Source: Bdellovibrionota bacterium
GTDB lineage: Bacteria; Bdellovibrionota_C; UBA2361; JBGSMV01
Assembly (NCBI GenBank): GCA_044356455.1
Contig: JBIKWF010000070.1
Location: 1 to 21,460 of the forward strand
DNA: 21,460 nt
Reading direction: 5' to 3'
The notes under the pieces were generated by a model. The model had not been told where the DNA came from, made no database searches, and saw only the letters and a list, made by a program, of their open reading frames with translations. Made by a program: the position numbers and the translations under genes. Positions 13,817 to 21,460 of this stretch are shown in pieces. Every line of letters starts with the position of its first letter. The stretch's first letter is position 1.

Positions 13817-14917
13817 ATGGATAGCCACGCACCATCCGATACTGTCACTTCCCGCGGGCCAAAATGCCCTCCTGAAACGAGCGGCGCAAACCTCTGTCTG
13901 CCTGAGAAACCATCGCTCTCCTATTCGACCGTCGCCATTCACGGGCTTGCGCCGCACACGCGTGTGCGCGCATACAGCAACAGACCATCCTTCGTGATGT
14001 CCTCTCCCGAGAGTCTTGGACTTTGCCACCTCGATGACCCAGAGAAAATAATCCTGCTTCCTAGGATGAGATTTGGACATGGCACAGCGTGCCCTCTTGG
14101 TGAAGCCATAGAGACATCAGAGCCCCGCGGGCTGCTCTTGGCGCTGATGGGAGTGCCTGGCGAATTCCGCTGGTTCTCGGAACAGGCGCTTATCGCAGCC
14201 GAGCAGCACCGTGAGAAGATCCCATGCCTTCTGAAACAGTTCCCCATTTTGCCAGGAACTCATCACTTCTCGAATGATGGCTCTTTACTTTATGCTCCTG
14301 GCCAGCACACCGCGTACGCTTCGGTGCAGCGCGTGTTTATAGAACCGGGAAGCATCCTTCCTCTCCGCGCAGAATATACCTGGGTCTTCCGCACTGAGGC
14401 TCTCGCGACTGCCTCTGCCTTCTCAAGTCAAGGCGACTTCCTTGCTTTAGCAGTCCCGACTTGGGGCACAGAACAGAATTCTGCCCCCACCTGGTCGCTA
14501 AAAGTTTTCGCTTTGGAGGAAGAAAGAAGGGCCGATCCTTTGGCGGAACTTAGCGGCTTGCCCAAGTTACATGCCCTCATGTGGTCCCCTTGCGGGACAA
14601 AAATCTTCGCCGCAAGCGCCAAGGGAGTGCTTCTCGAGTTGGAATTCAACCGGAAGCGAGTTTCCCCATCACGCACTCGCGCACTCACTTCTCCCATTCG
14701 TGTTTTCTCCCCGCAATCGGATCCTAGCAAATTGCTTGTGGGGACAGAGGCGGGAAGGATTTCGCATATAGACCTCGCTTCGCTTGAGGAAACTCTTCTT
14801 GCGACCTTGCCCGGCGAAATTACTTCTCTCGCTGTGCAGCAGAGCGACTCTTACCTTGCGGCAGTAGTAAGCACCGGCGCCTTGCACGTACTCCGACGGG
14901 AAGAAAGGGCTCAGTAG
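13817..14917 (+). CDS. WD40-like beta-propeller protein
   Basis: Repeated blade motifs FSNDGSLLY, AFSSQGDFLAL, LMWSPCGTKIFAASAKG, DPSKLLVGTEAGRISHIDL and ITSLAVQQSDSYLAAVVSTGALHV. Confidence 0.75.
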   Translation: MDSHAPSDTVTSRGPKCPPETSGANLCLPEKPSLSYSTVAIHGLAPHTRVRAYSNRPSFVMSSPESLGLCHLDDPEKIILLPRMRFGHGTACPLGEAIETSEPRGLLLALMGVPGEFRWFSEQALIAAEQHREKIPCLLKQFPILPGTHHFSNDGSLLYAPGQHTAYASVQRVFIEPGSILPLRAEYTWVFRTEALATASAFSSQGDFLALAVPTWGTEQNSAPTWSLKVFALEEERRADPLAELSGLPKLHALMWSPCGTKIFAASAKGVLLELEFNRKRVSPSRTRALTSPIRVFSPQSDPSKLLVGTEAGRISHIDLASLEETLLATLPGEITSLAVQQSDSYLAAVVSTGALHVLRREERAQ

Positions 14918-14937
14918 GAAAGCTCGGCCCCCCTTTC

Positions 14938-15075
14938 TTAGGGAACCTCTGAAAAACCTCGATATTTTATTTCTTTCCCTCCGTGTTCTCTGTGCCCTCT
15001 GTGGTTTTTCAACAATTTAAATCAACCACAGAGGGTACAGAGTTCACAGAGCAGACTTTTTCAGAGTTTCCTTAG
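14938..15075 (+). mobile_element. Family B MITE-like element, best-preserved copy
   Basis: Terminal inverted repeats GGAACCTCTGAAAAA (14942-14956)/TTTTTCAGAGTTTCC (15057-15071), 14/15 match, flanked by a TTAG direct repeat. Core CTCCGTGTT-CTCTGTGCC-CTCTGTGGT / ACCACAGAG-GGTACAGAG-TTCACAGAG. Confidence 0.85.
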
Positions 15076-15087
15076 CACACCTCCGTG

Positions 15088-15726
15088 TCATGCGCTGAGG
15101 AGAGACCTCAAATCGTCGATAACAGGCATGCCCGTCGCTTCAAGCAAAGCCCGGTCCTGGTAGCCATGGCTTACCAGGACACACGCTATTCCCATCGCGG
15201 AGGCAACCTCGAAGTCGTGCAGCGTGTCCCCCACGAGAACCGTTTGCGCCACGGATATTTCAGAGCATTCGAGTAGTTCTCGGCCGATGTCAACTTTGCT
15301 GTGCGCCAACGTGTTGGGAAGGCCACTGGTTCTCTCGAAAAATTCTCCGACAGAGAAATGCTCAAGACTTGCGTTCAGAATATCTTGCTGCTGTGCCGAA
15401 AGAATAAACTGCCGCTTCCCCCGGAGCTTAAGCTCCCTCAATACGGGAGGAGCCTCGACGTGCAGGGCGCACTCGGGGCGCCTCTGCTGGTAGAGTTCAT
15501 GAAACTCGTGCGATAGCTGCGCAAATCCTTTGCGCCTAAAATCGAACCCAAGCCCGGTGTAAAACTCTTGAATTGGATGACGGAACTGCTTGCGGTACTC
15601 TTCCTCGCTGAGGGGAGCGAGCCCGTGCTCAACAAGCTGAAGGTTGCCTAACTCTACGGCAAGCCACCTATCGTTAAGCAACGTCCCGTTCCAATCCCAT
15701 ATAATTGCCGAGTACTCTTCCAGCAT
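15088..15726 (-). CDS. HAD-superfamily hydrolase (phosphoglycolate phosphatase-like)
   Basis: Motif I IIWDWNGTL, motif II ILSA, motif III K (HSK), motif IV VGDTLHD; AAGGA RBS. Confidence 0.9.
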   Translation of the reverse strand: MLEEYSAIIWDWNGTLLNDRWLAVELGNLQLVEHGLAPLSEEEYRKQFRHPIQEFYTGLGFDFRRKGFAQLSHEFHELYQQRRPECALHVEAPPVLRELKLRGKRQFILSAQQQDILNASLEHFSVGEFFERTSGLPNTLAHSKVDIGRELLECSEISVAQTVLVGDTLHDFEVASAMGIACVLVSHGYQDRALLEATGMPVIDDLRSLLSA

Positions 15727-15761
15727 CCAAAGTCCTTGTCCGTCTATTCGAAATCAATCCT

Positions 15762-17231
15762 TTATTCCGTCAGCTCTTCCTGCTCATGGGCGGCATGTTC
15801 AACCTCTAAAGATTCAGCCACCGCGACATCGGCTGCGGTAGGCTCGATGCGCTCGTCTCCTGAACTTTCAATCTTACGTTGCTGTTTGTCAGTGCGTTTT
15901 CTCAGCTCGAACTTAATGTCCACCCCTTCCATAGGATGCACCTTACGTAAGTGCGTCTTTACATACCGCAGGTAGGACTGCGGCAAATTTTCAGGATAGT
16001 TAAGGAACATGAGAATCGTAGGGGGCGCCACTGAAATCTGAGTCGCAAAGTACAAGCGAACTGGCTGCCCACGAACCACCGGAGGAGGATTTATTTGGAA
16101 GATCCTCTCAAGCAGTTTGTTCAGAGCGCCCGTTGAGATCTTCTCCCTTGCTCCATCATAGATCTTGGCCGCCTCGCGCAGCACGTTGGGGCAACGTCTC
16201 CCCGTGAGCGCAGAAACAAAGAGCATCGGTGCATAGCGCGCAAAGGGCAGCTCACGAAAGATAGCCTCCTCGAACTGCTTCACCGTTCGATGATCCTTTT
16301 CAACCAAGTCCCATTTGTTGACGACGAGGATAAACCCGCGCCCACGTTCATGGATAAGTTCTGCAATCTTCTTATCCTGATCGCTCGGCAGCCCCTCGGT
16401 AGCATCCAAAACAAGCACCGCCACGTCACAACCGACGAGGGCCTTAAGGCTCCTTAGATTGCTAAAGCGCTCCAAGGTGCCGGACTCTACCTTAGCCTTT
16501 TTACGAAGACCGGCAGTATCTACGAGCGTAAAATGCCTCCCCTCGCGAATAAGCTCGATATCGATACAGTCGCGCGTCGTTCCGGGGGCATCCGCCGCAA
16601 TGAGGCGATCCTCTCCAAGAATTTTATTTACCAAGCTCGACTTGCCCACATTCGGGCGCCCGACCACAGCGATGCGAATATGCTTCTCATCTTCCTCGGT
16701 ACTCGGCTTAAGTCCTGAAATCCCAAGTTTCGCTGAAATAGCATTGCCTAAATCTTGAAGCCCGTCGCGATGTGCCGCACTGACGCAGTGAAGCTCATCG
16801 AGACCCAGGGTGTAGAACTCGGCGGAAAGAACTTCGTTAAGGGGCTGCTCGCATTTATTAACTACCCAAAGCACAGGCTTTCCCGAGCGCCGAATATGGT
16901 CGACCACTTCATGATCAAGCGCGTGGGGTCCATGCAGCCCATCGAACACCACGAGCACAAGGTCGCAGTCCTGAATCGCCATGTCAGCCTGGGCACGCAC
17001 TAACTGCGACATGCCTTTGACCTGTTCCTCGTCCTCCCCCACGAGGCCGCCCGTATCGATCAGACCAAACGGCGCCCCATAGGTTTTAATCAAGGTGTAG
17101 TTCCTATCGCGAGTCACCCCAGGGGAGTCCTCAACGATAGCAATGCGGCGCTTTGCAAGGGCATTAAAAAGGGTGGACTTCCCCACATTGGTGCGGCCAA
17201 TGATGGCCACTACCGGGATCTTTCGGCTCAT
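15762..17231 (-). CDS. der: Ribosome biogenesis GTPase Der (EngA)
   Basis: Two GTPase domains (GRTNVGKS/GVTRD/DTGG/NKCE and GRPNVGKS/GTTRD/DTAG/NKWD) plus a KH-like C-terminal domain. Confidence 0.97.
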   Translation of the reverse strand: MSRKIPVVAIIGRTNVGKSTLFNALAKRRIAIVEDSPGVTRDRNYTLIKTYGAPFGLIDTGGLVGEDEEQVKGMSQLVRAQADMAIQDCDLVLVVFDGLHGPHALDHEVVDHIRRSGKPVLWVVNKCEQPLNEVLSAEFYTLGLDELHCVSAAHRDGLQDLGNAISAKLGISGLKPSTEEDEKHIRIAVVGRPNVGKSSLVNKILGEDRLIAADAPGTTRDCIDIELIREGRHFTLVDTAGLRKKAKVESGTLERFSNLRSLKALVGCDVAVLVLDATEGLPSDQDKKIAELIHERGRGFILVVNKWDLVEKDHRTVKQFEEAIFRELPFARYAPMLFVSALTGRRCPNVLREAAKIYDGAREKISTGALNKLLERIFQINPPPVVRGQPVRLYFATQISVAPPTILMFLNYPENLPQSYLRYVKTHLRKVHPMEGVDIKFELRKRTDKQQRKIESSGDERIEPTAADVAVAESLEVEHAAHEQEELTE

Positions 17232-17259
17232 ATTCGTTCCTCTTCTTTATTGATCGTTC

Positions 17260-18186
17260 CTATTCTTCGCCGACCGAGGAGCTTCGAACCGCTCCCTCTG
17301 AAGGTGCCATTTCCGATGGTGGTAATGGCTCAGACGGCGGGGCAGCCACACCAGCATCCTCAGGCACCGGAGCCGTGAGAAATACTTTATCGATGTCATC
17401 TTCTCCCCGAATGCGCGAGAGCGCCTCTGCGGCTGCAGCTTGCTGCGAAGCCTTTTTGGTGGGGCCACTTCCTCTCCCCACTATCTGCCCATCTACCTGC
17501 ACCACAGAAACAAAGCGCGGCGCATGTTCGGGGCCCTCGACAACTTCAAGCAAATATTCGGGCGGCTCACTGCCTGAAGCATGCAGCGCTTCCTGGAGCT
17601 CAGTTTTTGGATCGGTCGGAGTGACACTCTTTAACCTTTCGCCAAAGTGAAACTGCGCACGCTCAAGCGCCACCGCAAAGCCCGCCTCACGGTAGATGGC
17701 GCCCATCAGCGCTTCAAAAACATCAGCAAGAATAGAAGCCCGCTCGGCGCCTCCGCTCGAGAGCTCGCCCCGGCTTAGCCGGATAAAGGGCCCGAGACCA
17801 AGTCCGCGCGCGACTTCTGCAAGTGAAGCAGTATTCACAAGGGCCGCTCGCATTTTAGACAGCTCCCCTTCCCGTGCATCCGGGTAACTATCGAGCAGCA
17901 AGTGGGCGACGGCCAAATCGAGGACGGCATCTCCTAGAAACTCAAGGCGCTCGTAGTCGTTGCGCACTAAGGTTTTCGCCTGAATAGAGCGGTGGGTAAG
18001 CGCTCGCTCGAGCCAACTTTGGTCCTTGAACTGGTACCCGAGCACGGCCTCAATACGATGATAGTGCTCGCGTCCCAGTGGCTCAATGACCATATCTTCT
18101 GAGCGGCGCTTTGCGTCTCCGTCATTCTTGCCGGACCCGCCGCCGGGAGGAGTTCCCCCTCCTCCAGATGGAATCGTAAATCGCAT
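17260..18186 (-). CDS. rnc: Ribonuclease III
   Basis: ALTHRS, signature ERLEFLGDAVL, ADVFEALMGAIY and dsRBD DPKTELQE...GPEHAPRF...GSGPTKKASQQAAA; AGGAG RBS. Confidence 0.97.
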   Translation of the reverse strand: MRFTIPSGGGGTPPGGGSGKNDGDAKRRSEDMVIEPLGREHYHRIEAVLGYQFKDQSWLERALTHRSIQAKTLVRNDYERLEFLGDAVLDLAVAHLLLDSYPDAREGELSKMRAALVNTASLAEVARGLGLGPFIRLSRGELSSGGAERASILADVFEALMGAIYREAGFAVALERAQFHFGERLKSVTPTDPKTELQEALHASGSEPPEYLLEVVEGPEHAPRFVSVVQVDGQIVGRGSGPTKKASQQAAAAEALSRIRGEDDIDKVFLTAPVPEDAGVAAPPSEPLPPSEMAPSEGAVRSSSVGEE

Positions 18187-18212
18187 AACAAACTACTCCT
18201 AAAAAATTTTTA

Positions 18213-19451
18213 CTACGCGGAAACCACGGCAAGGAGGCCCGACGTGCGACCTTTGGCTTGTGTTCCCATTTCCTGCTGCGCACTCCGCGCAATACGCCCG
18301 CCGCCAAGCACCTCTTGATTCCCTTCATCATAAAACACCGCGGCTTGACCTGGAGAAAGCGCAGACCACTCTTCTCCAAACGTGACTTCGACGCGCTGCG
18401 GAGACGCAGGATCAATGGTTACCTGCACCGGAAGCCCCTTATGGCGATAGCGAACCTGAGCACGACAGGCGAGCGTGCGCTTCTCTCCCGACGCGAGAAG
18501 CGAGAGGATCTGAGGAGCGACCCAGGAGACTTCGTCTACGAAAAAGTTGCGGCGCTCAAGATGCTCTCGGTGCCCAACCACCACAAGGTTCTCTTCAGGA
18601 ATGAGCTCCACCACATACAGCGGCTGATCAACGCCTCCAATCTGGAGCCCCTTTCTCTGTCCTACGGTGAAGGCATGAATGCCCTCGTGGGTTCCCATGG
18701 GCCTACCTGTGGTATCCACGATACGGCCGGCGGGAGATCGTCCTCCTTGCGCAGTGATAAATGAATCAACGGAACCTTCGACAAAGCAAATGTCCTGGCT
18801 CTCGGCTTTCTCTGCAGTATTCAGCCCCGAGCGGCGTGCTTCCTCACGTACCTGCTCCTTGGTCAAGTGACCTACGGGAAACAAGGTCTGAGCAAGCTCC
18901 TCTTGCGTCAGTCCATAAAGGAAATAGCTCTGATCCTTGCGACTATCTGCGCCGCGAAGAAGATGCAGGCCGTCGGCTCGCTCCTCAATTTGAGCATAGT
19001 GGCCCGTGGCGACATGGGAGCCTCCGAGCGTGAGGGCCCGCGTACGAAGTTCTTTGAACTTAACGTTATTGTTGCAATCAACACAGGGATTCGGCGTGAG
19101 GCCATTCCGGTAACTCGAAACGAACCTGTCGATAACTTTCTCACGGAATACATTCTCAAAGTCGAAAACATAAAAAGGCATCGAGAGAAGACCGGCAACA
19201 CGGCGCGCATCATTAAAATCATCAGGCGAGCAGCAGGTCGCGCGACTGCGTGAACCGCCATTGTTCCGGTAGTCCCACACCTGCATGGAGACTCCCAGCA
19301 CGTCATGCGCGCCCTCTTTCAGCAGCAGAGCCGCCACGGAGGAGTCAACTCCGCCCGACATCGCAACAACTACTCGCGCATCGGGAGCGATGGTCCGCGG
19401 GAGGGGAAGGGATCGAGTCTCAACTGGGGAATCTGATTGAAATGCTACCAT
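18213..19451 (-). CDS. mnmA: tRNA 2-thiouridine(34) synthase MnmA
   Basis: AMSGGVDSSV, TPNPCVDCN, ATGHY, KDQSYFL, ESQDICF, TVGQRKGL and PGQAAVFY. Confidence 0.97.
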   Translation of the reverse strand: MVAFQSDSPVETRSLPLPRTIAPDARVVVAMSGGVDSSVAALLLKEGAHDVLGVSMQVWDYRNNGGSRSRATCCSPDDFNDARRVAGLLSMPFYVFDFENVFREKVIDRFVSSYRNGLTPNPCVDCNNNVKFKELRTRALTLGGSHVATGHYAQIEERADGLHLLRGADSRKDQSYFLYGLTQEELAQTLFPVGHLTKEQVREEARRSGLNTAEKAESQDICFVEGSVDSFITAQGGRSPAGRIVDTTGRPMGTHEGIHAFTVGQRKGLQIGGVDQPLYVVELIPEENLVVVGHREHLERRNFFVDEVSWVAPQILSLLASGEKRTLACRAQVRYRHKGLPVQVTIDPASPQRVEVTFGEEWSALSPGQAAVFYDEGNQEVLGGGRIARSAQQEMGTQAKGRTSGLLAVVSA

Positions 19452-19459
19452 GACAACTA

Positions 19460-20653
19460 CTACGCTACGCGCGCTGCTCCTTCAGAACGAACGACAGAAT
19501 TAAAGCGCTTCACACACTGAATCAGCACCCGGGCCGCGCGCTCAAGCTGATCAGTCTCGTAAGAGGCCTCAAGACTCAGCCGAATGGTGGACCTAGCCTC
19601 TGCCATCGAACGCCCCATCGCGAGAAGCACATGTGAGGGAAGAGGTTTTCCCGAGCTGCACGCAGCTCCAGAAGAAATACCCACGCCTTCAAGATCCATA
19701 GCCACCACAAGATCGTCAGCAGGAACCCCGGGGATAGTGAGGCTAAGAGTATTCGGCAGCGCCCCCTCTTCTGGGGTATTCCAGCGAACGTACGGAAGCT
19801 CAGCAGATAGGAGCGCACGCAAAAACTGAGTCCCTTCTCGCATTCGCAGAATTCTCGCACGAAGGTTACTCCGTATAACTCGCGCCGCGACGCCCAGGGA
19901 AACAATCCCGAGCACATTCTCGGTGCCTGCTCGTAGATACCCTTCCTGAGCTCCGCCTCGAAGAAGAGGCTCAAGTGGAGCGCCCTCAGCAAGCACAAGG
20001 GCCCCTACTCCTCCTAGCGCGCCGAGTTTATGACCAGATAACGTGAGCGCATCAACGCCAAGAGCTGAGAATGACAAAGGCCCCTTCCCGACGAGCTGGA
20101 CGGCATCGCTGTGAATAAATACCCCAGGACTGCGCTCACGAATCGCGGCAGTCAGAGCAGCAAGAGGAAATACGTGCCCGGTTTCATTGTTGGCAAGCAT
20201 CAGTGAAACGAGCTTGGTAGAAGATCCAAGCGCTGCAAAGAGCTGGTCCTCAGAAAGCAGCCCCTCGGTACTCACAGGAATTTTAGCTACTGAGTTGCCC
20301 CAACTTTCCGCAAGCGCAATCGGCGCAAGCACCGATTGATGTTCAACTGAGGAGGTTACGATGGAAACACCAGGGCCTCCTAATGCGGGCGTCGCTCGGC
20401 CCGACAGAAACGGAGCCAGCACGGCAAGATTATTTGCTTCAGTAGCTCCCGAGGTAAAAATGATTCGCGAATGGGGCGGAAGCTCCAAGAGTTTCTGCAA
20501 CTCGGCGCGCGCCTCTTCCACGAGCGCACGAGCGGCCTGTCCCGATCGGTGAATAGAACTCGGGTTAAGCGCTCCGTGCAGGAGCTCGGCGACCGAAGCT
20601 CTAACCTCAGGGAGGATAGTGCTACTCGCATTTGCGTCGAGGTTGATAAACAC
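19460..20653 (-). CDS. Class I cysteine desulfurase (NifS/IscS-like, probably MnmA-dedicated)
   Basis: NPSSIH, FTSGATEANN, ANNETG, HSDAVQ, PLP lysine in SGHK, RAGTEN and catalytic loop SSGAACSSG. Ends 8 bp before mnmA. Confidence 0.93.
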   Translation of the reverse strand: MFINLDANASSTILPEVRASVAELLHGALNPSSIHRSGQAARALVEEARAELQKLLELPPHSRIIFTSGATEANNLAVLAPFLSGRATPALGGPGVSIVTSSVEHQSVLAPIALAESWGNSVAKIPVSTEGLLSEDQLFAALGSSTKLVSLMLANNETGHVFPLAALTAAIRERSPGVFIHSDAVQLVGKGPLSFSALGVDALTLSGHKLGALGGVGALVLAEGAPLEPLLRGGAQEGYLRAGTENVLGIVSLGVAARVIRSNLRARILRMREGTQFLRALLSAELPYVRWNTPEEGALPNTLSLTIPGVPADDLVVAMDLEGVGISSGAACSSGKPLPSHVLLAMGRSMAEARSTIRLSLEASYETDQLERAARVLIQCVKRFNSVVRSEGAARVA

Positions 20654-20703
20654 CTGTAAAGTCTAGCTTTTTATTACAGCAAAAGAAAGATAACGCTGTT
20701 TAA

Positions 20704-20731
20704 TAAAGCTCATCGGAGCCCCTGCCGATGA
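20704..20731 (+). promoter_or_regulatory. Candidate sigma-28 (FliA/SigD) promoter
   Basis: TAAA-N16-GCCGATGA versus consensus TAAA-N15/16-GCCGATAA, upstream of ORF 20817. Confidence 0.5.
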
Positions 20732-20816
20732 TAAGTATAGGATCTAAAAAGGATTCTTTGGTCGAGACAGCTTCTCGAAGCCAAAGCTTCAGGATCCAAG
20801 AAGTAAGGAATTTGCC

Positions 20817-21137
20817 GTGTCCAGCATCATTCCGTCTATTAGCGCCGCAGTTGCGGGTGTGGCCCAGAGCCCCAATCAACAGGGCGCCGCCGTGCGGGAA
20901 AGTCCAGCGGCCGTGCAGGTTGCCTCTCAGCAGGCGGGCGGAGTTGCCGCGGCGGACAACGCTGCGAAGGGCCCTGAGGTAAAGCCAAAGTCACGCGCCC
21001 CAAGCACGCAGAAACGAGTGGAATCAGGCTTTGCAGGCCAAGGGCCCAAACAAACCGCAAAAACAAAAGCCGGGCCTGAAGAAGAAGATCTTCCAAAGGG
21101 GCGACCGCACGACGGGAAACTAAGCGTCGTAGCCTGA
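20817..21137 (+). CDS. Small low-complexity hypothetical protein
   Basis: 106 aa, GTG start with AAGGA RBS. A/Q/P/K-rich, ending GKLSVVA. Confidence 0.65.
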   Translation: MSSIIPSISAAVAGVAQSPNQQGAAVRESPAAVQVASQQAGGVAAADNAAKGPEVKPKSRAPSTQKRVESGFAGQGPKQTAKTKAGPEEEDLPKGRPHDGKLSVVA

Positions 21138-21138
21138 C

Positions 21139-21165
21139 GCAACTTTCGCGCTCTCCAACCGATAA
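21139..21165 (+). promoter_or_regulatory. Weaker candidate sigma-28-like promoter
   Basis: GCAACTTT...ACCGATAA with 15-nt spacing between GCAA and ACCGATAA, upstream of ORF 21198. Confidence 0.3.
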
Positions 21166-21197
21166 ATCCGCACGTATATAGACCTTGAGGCCTATCC

Positions 21198-21452
21198 GTG
21201 TGGAAGAAACGTTCCCCTCAATTTAGACTCTTTGTGCTTGCAGCAAGCGTGGCCTCTGGCTTGCTGCGCTATGTTGAGCAGCCCCCGGCACGCGCCCCCC
21301 CTATTCCCTTGATCTGCGCCGACGCCGAGGCTTGTTTTGCCCTCGGAATTCCCTTGCCGCTCAAAGATGCTGATGAATTCGCGCTTCAGCTCATCCCTAA
21401 AGTTGGAGATTCTGTTTCCCAAGCACTCCTCTCCAAGAAAGGGGAAATCTGA
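21198..21452 (+). CDS. ComEA-like helix-hairpin-helix protein, apparently truncated
   Basis: N-terminal hydrophobic anchor, then LGIPLPLKDADEFALQLIPKVGDSVSQALL, resembling the ComEA LDLNxAxxxELxxLPGIG pattern. TGA follows a single HhH, 8 nt from the window end. Confidence 0.5.
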   Translation: MWKKRSPQFRLFVLAASVASGLLRYVEQPPARAPPIPLICADAEACFALGIPLPLKDADEFALQLIPKVGDSVSQALLSKKGEI

Positions 21453-21460
21453 ATCTCCAA

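Noticed and set aside
15680..15726. HAD motif I DxN instead of DxD as a sign of inactivation
   Set aside because: DWNGT is a commonly seen variant in this HAD subfamily and the other motifs are intact.
16840..16870. Der GD1 G4 motif NKCE instead of NKxD
   Set aside because: Conservative variant known in other Der proteins; not evidence of altered function.
15085..20659. Numerous 60-170 aa ORFs antisense to or out of frame within the housekeeping operon
   Set aside because: Shadow ORFs of well-supported genes, with no independent motifs.

Overview
Bacterial genomic segment; a deltaproteobacterial/Bdellovibrionota-like origin is only an impression from the gene styles. The right half is mostly housekeeping: a minus-strand operon cysteine desulfurase-mnmA-rnc-der-HAD phosphatase, plus guaA, a His-rich CDF zinc exporter, a WD40-like protein and several hypothetical or exported proteins. 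The left half is accessory: a Zn-ribbon membrane protein, a 510-aa basic protein built from seven ungapped 43-aa helical repeats, a GT4 glycosyltransferase with a small partner gene, a CckA-like PAS hybrid sensor whose ATP-binding domain appears dead, and a TraB/Tiki/ChaN-like lipoprotein. Several intergenic regions are filled with at least three families of short non-coding palindromic elements (called A, B and C here). They are stacked end to end, or nested in one another, through shared CTAG/TTAG junctions that sometimes overlap gene stop codons. No transposase, integrase, CRISPR array, rRNA or tRNA was seen. The two most novel-looking signals are the 43-aa repeat protein (914-2446) and the YTAG-joined modular element arrays (2443-2962, 4700-5039, 7768-8004). 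All calls come from reading motifs by eye; no database searches were run.
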